Shown piece by piece: positions 37,076 to 50,277 of a stretch of 64,000 nt of DNA. Under the pieces are notes generated by a model that was not told the origin of the DNA, searched no databases, and saw only the letters and a list, made by a program, of their open reading frames with translations. Source of the stretch: Octopus bimaculoides (Eukaryota). Location of the stretch: assembly GCF_001194135.2 (NCBI RefSeq), contig NC_068992.1, positions 61,951,010 to 62,015,009 of the forward strand, given 5' to 3'. The position numbers and the translations under genes were made by a program. How positions within the stretch are numbered: position 1 is the first letter of the stretch; every line of letters starts with the position of its first letter.

Positions 37076-37270
37076 ATCCTTTCTACTATAGACACAAGGC
37101 CTGAGCCGATTTGATTGATTCCACTTCGCAACTGGTACTTATTTCATTAACCCCCAAAAGGATGAAAGGCAAAGTCGACCTCGGCGGAATTTAAAATCAG
37201 AGCGTAGCAGCGGACGAAATACCGCTAAGCATTTTGGCCGGCGTGCCAACATTTTGCCAGCTCACCACCT
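37076..37270 (-). mobile_element. Family A SINE between two (TAA)n tracts
   Basis: Reverse complement of the 3781 type; further minus copies at 38116-38330 and 60827-61010, and a plus copy at 46562-46752. Confidence 0.9.
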
Positions 37271-37272
37271 TG

Positions 37273-37331
<59 letters not shown>

Positions 37332-38439
37332 GGTGTCTGGTTTAGATACATGACCAAGTATTTTGAAGGAAGTGAGGGTCTATCGATACCACTTCGACCG
37401 TAGTTCATGACTGGTATCGGAAGAATTTCATGAAGACTTTCAACAGATGNNNNNNNNNNNNNNNNNNNNNNNNNNNNNNNNNNNNNNNNNNNNNNNNNNN
37501 NNNNNNNNNNNNNNNNNNNNNNNNNNNNNNNNNNNNNNNNNNNNNNNNNNNNNNNNNNNNNNNNNNNNNNNNNNNNNNNNNNNNNNNNNNNNNNNNNNNN
37601 NNNNNNNNNNNNNNNNNNNNNNNNNNNNNNNNNAATCTCGTTGTGTACACAATTACAACCCGATATTGAAACACAGAGTTCATATGTTAAACCACCCCCC
37701 CACCCCCACACATACAAATGTACGCACACACACACAAATGTACGCACACACACACACACAAATGTACGCACGCGCGCACACAGTGAGAGAAATCCAGCCA
37801 CTGATTCACAATTCAACACTCAACACTATAGATGAAACGTTAAAACATCAATTAAAACAATAAAGCAAATTCCAAGACAAAACAATAACAATCGCAACAA
37901 CAACAATAATAAAAAAAAAACAGACGTAACATGTAAAAACAATTCAATATTGTACAAAAAATCAAACAAAAATATATATATATAACCAAAAACAAAAATG
38001 TTTTCAGACATCTGAAAAATAAAGAGATGCACCTGGTTATGCAGTAGAAACTCGCAGAAAACTGTAGAAAACCTAATAAAACGAACAATAATATTAACAA
38101 CTAGAACATCAGTAATAATCCTTTAGTATTTTGGCGCATGACCCGCAAATTGTGAGGAGTGGGGAAATCACTTACATCAGTCCCAGTGCTTAAATAGTAC
38201 TTTGTTTCATCGACCTCGAAAGGAGGAAAAGCAAAAGTAGACATGGCCGGAATTTGAACTCAAAGGACGGACGAAATGTAGCTCAGCATTTTACCCGGCA
38301 TACTACCCATACTACCAACTCACAGCCTTAATGATGACGATAACAACAGCAGCAATCTTTGAAAAGGACTACTTGACAGTAATTAAGTTAATCGTAAACA
38401 ACGAGTGTTCGATATTTTCAGCGCACGTTATAGTATTTG

Positions 38440-39150
38440 GTTTGTTACTCGCTAAATTTCTCTGAAAGAATTTGGAGGCATGTTTGCCAGACGAAATTAG
38501 TTCACATCTTTTATTGAGAACTGGAGCAAGATGGCGATTGATAAGAATTTTTATTTGTTTCGAAATGCTTCATTTTTATTCAATATTGACCATGTTTTGC
38601 TCGCGGGTGCCGCTCTGTCTTTTGATTTTCATATATGCTTCGTCAGTGCTATGTGGTTCTGGTATCGATGACAAAATGAGATGCTGTGCTGGTGCAGGCG
38701 TCATTTGAAAGAATTCCTCCTCCAAGGCTTACAGTTAATTGAATTTTTGTTAGTGGTAATATGGTAAAATGTAGAGCTGGAGAATAGGTAAGTGAATGTA
38801 GAACGATATCATTTTGAAAACCAGACAATACATTCTTACATGCAATTATCGATGGCTTCTAGGGTAGTGTTGCAGTCTTGACATGTTTTCTCTTTCTCTC
38901 TGTTCAGTCTGTTTCTGTGTCAGCTGATGTCCCATATTGTACATTATGATATGCAGTTATTATTTGAATTAAATACAGTGTTGCTGACTTGAACAAGTAC
39001 TATTTCTACTGCCAAATCAATTTTTGTGAATACGTACGTTCAGGTGTTGGTGGCAGGGAAAGATGAGGTGAATTTGATACGAAAGTGACAGCTGGGGCTC
39101 ATCTTCACTTGTTCGTGGTATGCTTTCGTGCACGAAGTTTAATGATAATG
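38440..39150 (-). mobile_element. Penelope-like GIY-YIG C-terminal remnant
   Basis: Minus translation ALTKHI*KSKD..TWSIL and VLNKRCELISSGKHASKF, compared with LSKYIW..WSIL..LLNKRSELISKCRH in PLE endonucleases. Confidence 0.65.
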
Positions 39151-39782
39151 CAGTGTGGTGTTGGCGCTCGTACACACACACACAATTTAATATATATAAT
39201 TACAAAAGAGCTATTAATAGTTTTCATTATTTAAAATATATTAGATTAGAAAATTTGTAGCTGGTGCAGAATGATATAATAGGAGGGAGGTCAAAGTCTG
39301 TGAGACAGCTACTTAATCCGGAGTGGGTGATGTCCTCCAGTGCGACGAAAGAATTTTACATGTGCTTGCATCTGCTAAAAATTTCGGACCTGGAATTAAC
39401 TGTGATGAAATTTTTGAACCTGAAAAAAATGTGCTATCTTTCAGCAACGTAAAACTTGCATCTCTTTGATCTATTTATATACGGTGCAAATTTCTCCACG
39501 ATTCTTCACTTGATTGTATGTGGTGTGCAATTGGTCTTCAAATCCCACGATACCAATTCTCGACTTTTTTCATTGGCCAGCGTCATGGCTTTTAAACACA
39601 TCTAAACGTTATAAACTGAAACCTGAAAGATTGCTTGGAGATGTATAACACGTTATATAAATCTGTCAATTTAATGTATATTAAAGCACGAAACTAATAA
39701 TATCTCTTTTGTAATTGCGTGTATTTAATGATATTTATGAAGCACTTTTTAGTTGATCCTACTTATAATGGAACTGATACTC

Positions 39783-40013
39783 TTTACTCTTTTACTCTTT
39801 TAATTGTTTCAGTCATTTGGCTGTGGCCATGCTGGAGCACCACATTCAGTGGAGCAAATCGACCCGAGGAATTATTCTTTGTAAGCCTAGTACTTATTCT
39901 ATCGGTCTCATTTGCCGAACCGCTAAGTTACGGGGACGTAAACACAACAGCATCGGTTGTCAAGCGATGTTGGGGGGTGGGGGTGGACAAACACTGACTG
40001 ACACATACATATG

Positions 40014-40050
<37 letters not shown>

Positions 40051-40580
40051 NNNNNNNNNNNNNNNNNNNNNNNNNNNNNNNNNNNNNNNNNNNNNNNNNN
40101 NNNNNNNNNNNNNNNNNNNNNNNNNNNNNNNNNNNNNNNNNNNNNNNNNNNNNNNNNNNNNNNNNNNNNNNNNNNNNNNNNNNNNNNNNNNNNNNNNNNN
40201 NNNNNNNNNNNNNNNNNNNNNNNNNNNNNNNNNNNNNNNNNNNNNNNNNNNNNNNNNNNNNNNNNNNNNNNNNNNNNNNNNNNNNNNNNNNNNNNNNNNN
40301 NNNNNNNNNNNNNNNNNNNNNNNNNNNNNNNNNNNNNNNNNNNNNNNNNNNNNNNNNNNNNNNNNNNNNNNNNNNNNNNNNNNNNNNNNNNNNNNNNNNN
40401 NNNNNNNNNNNNNNNNNNNNNNNNNNNNNNNNNNNNNNNNNNNNNNNNNNNNNNNNNNNNNNNNNNNNNNNNNNNNNNNNNNNNNNNNNNNNNNNNNNNN
40501 NNNNNNNNNNNNNNNNNNNNNNNNNNNNNNNNNNNNNNNNNNNNNNNNNNNNNNNNNNNNNNNNNNNNNNNNNNNNNNNN

Positions 40581-40621
<41 letters not shown>

Positions 40622-40745
40622 GACGAGCTTCTTTCAGTTTGCGCCTACCAAATCCATTCACAAAGCTTTGGTCAGCCCGAGGCTATAGTAGAAGACAGTT
40701 GCCCAAGTTATCATGTAGTGGGATTGAACATGGAACCATGGAGCT
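39783..40745 (-). mobile_element. Family B SINE split by an internal microsatellite and gap
   Basis: 3' part at 39783-39995 and head at 40620-40745. Confidence 0.85.
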
Positions 40746-42030
40746 GGGAAGCAAAACTATTATCATATATCCACCTCTACATGTAATACCGATGCCGATT
40801 GCTAGTTCTGCCTCAAATAAGCAGCAAATGTTGTCGTAGCATAAAAAAGTGTAAAAGAAATCAGCTGGAGTATACACCATATGAGTGGGACAGTGTTTGT
40901 GATATGCGAGCAAGTGTTGCTATACTTATGGCGCATTATGTCCTTCAGCAAGGCAATTTATTTCGTGTTGCTCCAGTCCACATAGCTGAAAAAACTGAAT
41001 TGCACCTGTAATTCAAAGAGCTAGCCTTGTCTCATTCTAAGTCACGTTGAATCTCATTGAGAACTACGTTAATGATACACATGTCTGTGGAGTGCTCAGC
41101 CACTTGCACGTTAATTTCACAAGCAGGCTGTTCCGTTGGTCGGATCATCTAGACGACTCATCGTCGTAACCGATGGAGTGTCAGTTGTTGTTGTTGGTAT
41201 TAAATAGCAGAGACAACGTTGGTGGTTTGCGTCACCGATAAGCTGTTTAGTAAAATGGCGTCTTTTTAAAAAATTCCCCATTTCTGTTTATTCTATGTTT
41301 TTATTGATGTATCATATTATATTATATGATCTTTAAAATTATTTATGTTAATAGCAGCTTCTGTCGGTCCATATATCGTCTGTTGGATTTTGGCTTAGGG
41401 ATGGTGTGGTGTTTGTATTTGCTATATGGCTGAGTGGAGTGTTGTACTGGTGTTCGTAGCAATCACATAATCTGACACCGATAATGGTTGCTCTTAGTGG
41501 TCAAGGAGAGGGGGGGGGCGAAATGGTGGAGAAAGAGGAGAAGGAAGAGAAGGAGAGGATGGTGAAGGAAAAGGAAGGTGAGGAGGGGCGAGAGGAGAAG
41601 GAAAAGGAAAAGAAGGAGAGAAAAGTGTAGAAGAAGCGGAAGAAATAAAGGAAGAACAAGTAGGAGAGAGGAGTGTAAGAAAAAAGAGAGGAAAGAGAAT
41701 GAGAAGAAGAGGGAAGAAGGAGAAGGAGAAGAAGGGGAATTTGGAAAAAGGAAAATGAAAACACGACAAAAAGTCAATTTGTCTTTCTGATCACGTGTCA
41801 GTGTCACGTGCTGATTGTCGTTAAAAGGGTCGGCCTGTTGACACAGAAAAAAAAAATAGTGATCAGATCGAGACAGCTGACGTTGATAGTTATTCTGCCC
41901 CATTTTATTTCGTATTGGAAACATTATTGTAATATTGAACAGATTGTAAGTAGATAACAATCCAATTGGTGCACTTAAGAGAAGATATGAAAAGCACGAC
42001 AGACAACGCTACATTGAATAACTATCTCTT

Positions 42031-42088
<58 letters not shown>

Positions 42089-42203
42089 TGCATATATGCA
42101 CACATGCATTAATGCATAGGTGTACACACACATACACATATATACATGCATAGTTTACACATTAACTGTACGTACATTATGGGCAAATGGACAGGAAGTT
42201 TGT

Positions 42204-42240
<37 letters not shown>

Positions 42241-42608
42241 CCATCTATCAACTTTTAAAAATTGAGATATTTCTAAATCGCTATGCTCTGCCTTTATAAC
42301 TACAATAACGTCATGACTCTTCATTTCTCATGTAAGCTGAAGGTCTGCCATTACTACTTCCTGAAACAAAGACTATTATATACATATACATACATGCATA
42401 CATACATACATACATGCATGCATACATACATACATACATACATACATACATTTTTCTCTCTTTGTTTGTTTCTGTGTTCCTTTCAGTTGGAGAGCGTAGG
42501 CTCAAAATGTCAAAGACTTTCTCTATTCCCGAGCGTTATACTAATTACCTCCATTTGTTGTTTACGCCACCTGTCTTTGTCTGTTGTTTTTTTCGTAAAT
42601 TCTCCCAT

Positions 42609-42674
<66 letters not shown>

Positions 42675-42847
42675 GTAATCGTACACGAGGGTATAGAAGT
42701 CGGTGCATCTATCTAGTCTAAGCTCTATTATATACCCTATGTATATAAACGCACTTTTCTTCTCTGACGACTCGGCTCTGGTTACCCATTTCCTTGAAGG
42801 TAACACAAAAAGTGACACACACGGTTTTAGAAGCACATTCACACACG

Positions 42848-42907
<60 letters not shown>

Positions 42908-43332
42908 AGTCTGTTTGTCTGTCTGTCTGTCTGTTTGTCTGTCTCTCTGTTTGGCTGTCTGTCTGTCTGTTTGTTTGTTTGTCTGTCGGTCTGTCTGTCC
43001 TCCTCTCTGTCTGTCTGTATGTATATATATAATCTATATGAAACACATTCGCTGCATGCACAAACATACACACACACACAGGTATCGAGTAGACATTTTT
43101 TTTACCAATAGATCAATAATTTAAGCTATATATTACTTCTTAACTGAACGCGTCCCAATGATTTTTGTTTCAGGAAATTTCCCAACTTTTCGCATGAGTT
43201 ATTTCTAGGTTGCTCAGAGACATCCAAAATATTGCTCCATTACTTGGTGAGGTCACTCAATGTTGTCCAATAATTGGTGATTCCAACTCACTTAATTCTT
43301 TCGAAAGAATCAGCACAAATACATTCACATTC

Positions 43333-43371
<39 letters not shown>

Positions 43372-43520
43372 CATACATGCATATATACATAGATGTACAT
43401 GCATATATAGATTGATATACATATATATAATATATATATTCTTACACACATAAATACATATATATAAATATAGATGTACATATATATGTATGTACATGCA
43501 TACATGTGTATGTATGTATA

Positions 43521-43590
<70 letters not shown>

Positions 43591-43639
43591 TACATACATA
43601 CGTAAGCACGTGCGTACGTACAAATATATATATGTATGT

Positions 43640-44240
43640 AAGTAGTTTTATGCTGAACTGTAGAGAAATTTGCAGCTACCCCAGATGGACTACAAGGTTA
43701 GATTTGTACCAGTAATAATTGGGGCATTTGGATATGTAACCAACTGCCTTAGCACCAATCTGGAGAAGTTAGGGTTCTCAAATTCAGAAAGGAGAAAGCT
43801 AATTGTAAGACCACAAATACAAACAATCAATAGAACTGTCAAAATATGTAAAGCATCCTCACATTTAGCATATATTTACAGATGCACATGTCTAGACATC
43901 CAAGTGTACGTATGCATATACATACATGAAACATAGCATAGAAATCTGCACATGCACTGATGGTAAATACTTATACATACATGCGCAACTATCCTGTTGC
44001 TAAAATTCCAATGTAGGAGCGTTGGATCTTTGTTAAAAAAAAGCAGCTCTTTCTCCATTGACATACATACATACAAAATCTGCACATGCACTGACTCCAA
44101 CTACTGCATACATACACGCATACATGCAAAAATACCCTGTTGTTGATGTTGGTGAAATTCCAGTGAAGCAGCCTTGGATCTAGGTTAGAAACCGACTCTT
44201 TCTCCATTGGCAAGAAATCTTCAAATTAAACTGAATAAGG
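43640..44240 (+). mobile_element. RLE-type non-LTR retrotransposon 3' end with duplicated 3' UTR, in a (CATA)n context
   Basis: DYKVRFVPVIIGAFGYV..L..NLEKLGFS..E..KLI...QIQTI..TVKICK, an RLE C-terminus; repeated units at 43943-44060 and 44077-44209. Confidence 0.75.
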
Positions 44241-44749
44241 ATATACATTCATACATACACACATGCATGCACACACCTACACACACACATATGCATACAT
44301 GCATGCATACAAACATACATACATAGTACAGCGTGTATTTGTATACGCTGTATGTATGTATGTGTGTATGTATGTATTCACCTGCACACAAATCTGCTGT
44401 AAAACTATGCGTTAGTAATTCAGTTTCGTGGAGGTAAAACCTTAAAATATAGCAATTCGTATTTTTAGGTTAGGAGCTGTGGGTTAAAAATAACCACACG
44501 CATGTTCTCACATATACACAAGCACGCATGTACACCCACCAACCCCATTCGGATTCAAGCATACATGCATGCATACTCATATGTAAACGCTTACACACAC
44601 GTGCGCACACACATATACGCACATACATTATATGTATGTGTATCTCCATACATACAAGCATATACACACACACACATACAGCATACGCACGGATGTGCAC
44701 GTATGAAAATATATAAGAATGCATGCATATGTGTATACATACATACATC

Positions 44750-44813
<64 letters not shown>

Positions 44814-45024
44814 CATATTTATATATATGTTAACAGTATGGTATATATATGAGTACGTTTGAGTGTCTTGTGTGTGTTTGTGTGTGTTCGTATACGAGCG
44901 TGTGTGCGTGTATGGAGTTGTTTGTATAGCATGGATGACGTAAAACAATTAACTGGATCTCTCTCTCTTTCACTCTCTCTCTCCCTGCCTCTCTCTCTAA
45001 CTCTCACTCTCTCTCTAACTCTCA

Positions 45025-45103
<79 letters not shown>

Positions 45104-45311
45104 ATTCTCTCTCTCTATCTGTCATAAAAAATCTAGAAAATCGTAAATAAGGTGCGAGTGTATTTTTGGTATAACTGGTCTTATATTTATTTAACGCATG
45201 CAGACGGGTGGCAACACCTACCCACCCACGCACACATGCACACGTGCACAGACACACTCACACATGCTCATACACGCACACACACACACACACATACACA
45301 CNNNNNNNNNN

Positions 45312-45363
<52 letters not shown>

Positions 45364-45948
45364 AAGGTAATACACGTGCACAGAAATACAGATACGCCAA
45401 TGAACAGACATAGAGATAAGCATACTAGCTACATGTGCGCATGTGCATAAATATGTATATGCATAAACATATACGTACATATATATATATACACACACAC
45501 TTATGTAAACACATATGCATTGATATACGCATATATTATGGACACACATGTATATATTCAAGTCATTAGTTAACTTTTGAGACACCCTGCTTATACTTTT
45601 ACGTTCTGGCATCTGTAAGCACACACGTTTATATATATTTATAAATAGAGGAGGCCTACACACAGTCTAATATATATATNNNNNNNNNNNNNNNNNNNNN
45701 NNNNNNNNNNNNNNNNNNNNNNNNNNNNNNNNNNNNNNNNNNNNNNNNNNNNNNNNNNNNNNNNNNNNNNNNNNNNNNNNNNNNNNNNNNNNNNNNNATA
45801 TTTATATTTATAAATACATACATGCGTACATATATATGTATTATGCGTGTGTGTGTGTGTATCTCTCTATCTATCTACACACACACAGACTCTCTCCCTC
45901 TCACACACACACATATATAGAGTGAGAGGGAGCACAGGGTGATATCTG

Positions 45949-45962
45949 TTCTGACGTCAGAA
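45949..45962. promoter_or_regulatory. Perfect 14-bp palindrome containing a full CRE (TGACGTCA)
   Basis: TTCTGACGTCAGAA. Confidence 0.35.
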
Positions 45963-46945
45963 GTAGGTAAAATCTGCTTAGTTGCAGGCAAGCATGAAAG
46001 TTGAAAGAAAGACAAGTCTAAAACAAATGTATTTGAAGAGAAACACAGGACATGGATGCAATAACATCTGCAAGTGCACTGTGATATGCTACCGTCTATA
46101 TCTGTACAATGATCAACACCAAGGCTGCAAAAGTGATCCAACTGCATCATATGTCGTTGTCATGTTGCATATCACTGGAAAAACAACAGTGCAACATATA
46201 AAAAGCTACACTTTTTATATGGTGGTATGAGTTTATATACGTATGTATGCGTGTGTATGTATGTATTTATATTTATATATGTATATGTACATCTGTCTGT
46301 CTGTCTCTTTCTGCTTGTCTCTCTGAGTATACACACACGCGCGCGTGCACGCACACACACATACACACGCACGCACACACACACACACGCACGCACACAC
46401 ACACACACGCACGCACACACACACACACGCACGCACACATGTTCTTTTGATACAAACAGCAAAATTAGTATAACTCAAAACATAAGTTTATGTAATAATA
46501 ATAATAATAATGATAATAATAATGATAATAATAATAATAATAAATTATTATTATTATTATCAATTGGCAGCGGGATCATTATCATGCCGGAGAAAATGCT
46601 TAGCACCACGTTCCAAGTTCAAATGCTGCCGATGCCGAATTTGCCTTTCATCCATTCGAGGGTCAATAAAATAAATAGCATTTGATGTCGAGTGATGTAC
46701 TCGACTAGACCACTCGTTAAAAATGTCATGCCTTGTGTCTCTAGTAGAAAGAATCATCAACTGGCAGAGATTAGTTCGATATCATTCACAAAATGCCGTC
46801 TCTATTATGATCTTTTTCATTCACTTACTCTATACTTTTTTTTATTTTATCATGCTACCTCTCCAATTCACCCCTTTCATTTTGGACCGTTATCATCCTA
46901 TTATCCTTCCCCCTTGTATGAATATACTTGTATGAAGAATCTGAG

Positions 46946-46986
<41 letters not shown>

Positions 46987-47603
46987 GTACATACATATAT
47001 ACATACATACATACACACACATACATATATACATGCATATGTGCGTGTGTGTATAAGTGTATTTGTATATGCATATATATATCTATATATAAATATATAA
47101 TGATGTATATGTACATTCTTAACATGTTGACTTCGTTGAGACTTGATCTCACAACATAAAAAACCCGGAAAGAGTAAACCGCCATCTCATTGTATCTCCT
47201 ACTACATTATAGAAAATGTCGCTTCATTTTCGAGACTGTAGGAGTGTTTCTGAAGATTTGACTGCTATTTCTTGCCTGTGGAGATATGACAGAAAGGTTT
47301 CATTATCAGTTTTGACCTTCCATTTTTAGGCGGTGGGTGTAATTTGAAGAAAATTTACCTGCTGTTTCTATCCTGCAGAGATACGATATAACAGTTCTCT
47401 CATTAGCTTCATCCATCCAATTGATGTGATTTGAAGATATGACTGCTATTTCCAGCCTGTGGAGGCACCACATAGAAGTTCTGTCATCAGCTTCGATGCA
47501 TCGATATTAATGAGATGATCGATTATCGAAAGGCCAAGAATCTGGAAAGAGAATTGGTTAATTTTCGAGATTGTGTCATGGCGAAAATAAACCGGCTTAT
47601 ATT

Positions 47604-47690
47604 AAAATGGCGTCAGATGAGAACTTGGCAAACCGTCTCCCTGGCAACAACAAAACTACAAACTCTAAATTACACCGTTGTTATGGCAAC
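47604..47690 (+). promoter_or_regulatory. Candidate RFX-regulated promoter/enhancer: YY1 motif plus two X-boxes
   Basis: AAAATGGCGT (47604), GTCTCCCTGGCAAC (47635-47648) and GTTGTTATGGCAAC (47677-47690; fits GTHNYY-AT-RRNAAC). Confidence 0.55.
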
Positions 47691-48063
47691 AGATAGAAGA
47701 AACCTAACACTGAACTGACCTAATTTGTGTTTTGATTGGAAGAACTTGCTTTCTTTTTGTTATTTTACATGACAGAAACAAGAGTCTTGAGTCCTTTTTA
47801 GCAACAACAAAAGCAACAATGCCGTATACGTCGGTGGTGATGACGACAACAACAAAAACAAGAGTAACAGCAGCAAATACAGTAAATATAACAGCAACAA
47901 AAACAACAGCCAGAAGAACACACACGCCATCTGTAGCAAAAGAAGAACAAGATGAACAGCGGCTGTATGAAAAGAGCATACAGTTGCAATTGTTGCGTCG
48001 ATGTCGTCGTCGTCATCGTCCTCCTCATCATCATCATCGTCCTCGACATCGTCCTCGGCATCG

Positions 48064-48116
<53 letters not shown>

Positions 48117-48523
48117 GTTATTATCAATTGCAACGGCAACAGATGTACCAATTTGGAAAAACAGTAACAGCTACTACAAATCTACAAAAGCAACAACTAT
48201 GATAAACTATCTTTACTATAGGCACTAGGCTCGCGATGGTAAGGTCGTGAGTTCGATTCCCGGTGACGTGTTCTGTCCTTGAGCAAGACACTTTATTTTA
48301 CGATACTCCAGTGCACATAGCTGGAAACAATGAGTTGTACTTGTAAATCAAGTCAAAGGGGCCAGCCTTGTGGCATCTTGTTTCACATCCTATGTGATGC
48401 TGAATGTGTGTGTGTATATANNNNNNNNNNATATATATATATATATATATATATATATCTGTGTGTATGTATGTGTGTATATATATGTATATATGTATAT
48501 ATTTGTATGTATGTATATATATG

Positions 48524-48558
<35 letters not shown>

Positions 48559-48722
48559 GTATATGCATGTATATATATGTATATGTGTATGTATGTATAT
48601 ATGTATGTATATGTATATATGTGTATGCATGTATACATATGTCTGTTTATATATGTATATGTGTATGCATGTATATATATGTATATGTGTATATATATAT
48701 GTGTGTATGTATGTATGTATAT

Positions 48723-48800
<78 letters not shown>

Positions 48801-49829
48801 NNNNNNNNNNNNNNNNNNNNNNNNNNNNNNNNNNNNNNNNNNNNNNNNNNNNNNNNNNNNNNNNNNNNNNNNNNNNNNNNNNNNNNNNNNNNNNNNNNNN
48901 NNNNNNNNNNNNNNNNNNNNNNNNNNNNNNNNNNNNNNNNNNNNNNNNNNNNNNNNNNNNNNNNNNNNNNNNNNNNNNNNNNNNNNNNNNNNNNNNNNNN
49001 NNNNNNNNNNNNNNNNNNNNNNNNNNNNNNNNNNNNNNNNNNNNNNNNNNNNNNNNNNNNNNNNNNNNNNNNNNNNNNNNNNNNNNNNNNNNNNNNNNNN
49101 NNNNNNNNNNNNNNNNNNNNNNNNNNNNNNNNNNNNNNNNNNNNNNNNNNNNNNNNNNNNNNNNNNNNNNNNNNNNNNNNNNNNNNNNNNNNNNNNNNNN
49201 NNNNNNNNNNNNNNNNNNNNNNNNNNNNNNNNNNNNNNNNNNNNNNNNNNNNNNNNNNNNNNNNNNNNNNNNNNNNNNNNNNNNNNNNNNNNNNNNNNNN
49301 NNNNNNNNNNNNNNNNNNNNNNNNNNNNNNNNNNNNNNNNNNNNNNNNNNNNNNNNNNNNNNNNNNNNNNNNNNNNNNNNNNNNNTATATGGGTGCAGGA
49401 CTTCACAAAACGTAAACAACATGAAATTCGAAAACACGAAATTCGAAATACGAAAAGCAATATGAAATATGGAGACAAACTTTTTTTGTGAACAAAGAGA
49501 GAAACAAATGGAAAACAAGACAAGTAACATAAAGAATGACTCTTCACCAGTTGTCGGCTGTTTATATACTCCACAAATCGAGCAATTCACGACAAAGAGT
49601 CAAAGTTGGTAACAAAAACAGGACAATGAAACGAATATTGAGTGCTGCTAAGCCAGACGGGGTAAGGTGGCGAACGCTGAGGAACATTCTTTGACAGAAG
49701 AAAAGATAGGAGAGAGACAAGAATACGTCTGGTCTGTGCAACATACCGGAAGAAAAGAAAGATGAACACGTGTGGAAAAAGAAAGGTGGACGATGGTCAC
49801 GTGTGAGCAACGAGAGGGTAAAGGAGGGA

Positions 49830-49870
<41 letters not shown>

Positions 49871-50128
49871 ACAAATAGAAAATGGTGAAGGGGAGAAAAA
49901 AAGAATTAGAGAAAGGATGAAAGGGAAAGAAAAGAAACAAAGCGGAGAGAAGGGGAGGGTACAAAAATAGGTATACAGTAAGAATCACATCAATGTTATA
50001 ATATTTCATTAGAATTATTAACACATTAAATTAGCCTCATCTTTGATATTTTTCAGTGTCGTTTTCGTTATAATATGAGTATTTTACGTGTTTTCTTTTA
50101 TCATAACTGCATACCTACTTTTGCACTA

Positions 50129-50164
<36 letters not shown>

Positions 50165-50214
50165 NNNNNNNNNNTATATATATATATATACGCACACACA
50201 CACAGAGGTATATC

Positions 50215-50277
<63 letters not shown>

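Noticed and set aside
47430-47495. Minus-strand CTGATGA..GAAATAGCAGTC hammerhead-like arrangement
   Set aside because: Stem I is not adjacent to the core, and GAAATAGCAG belongs to a dispersed repeat lacking CTGANGA elsewhere
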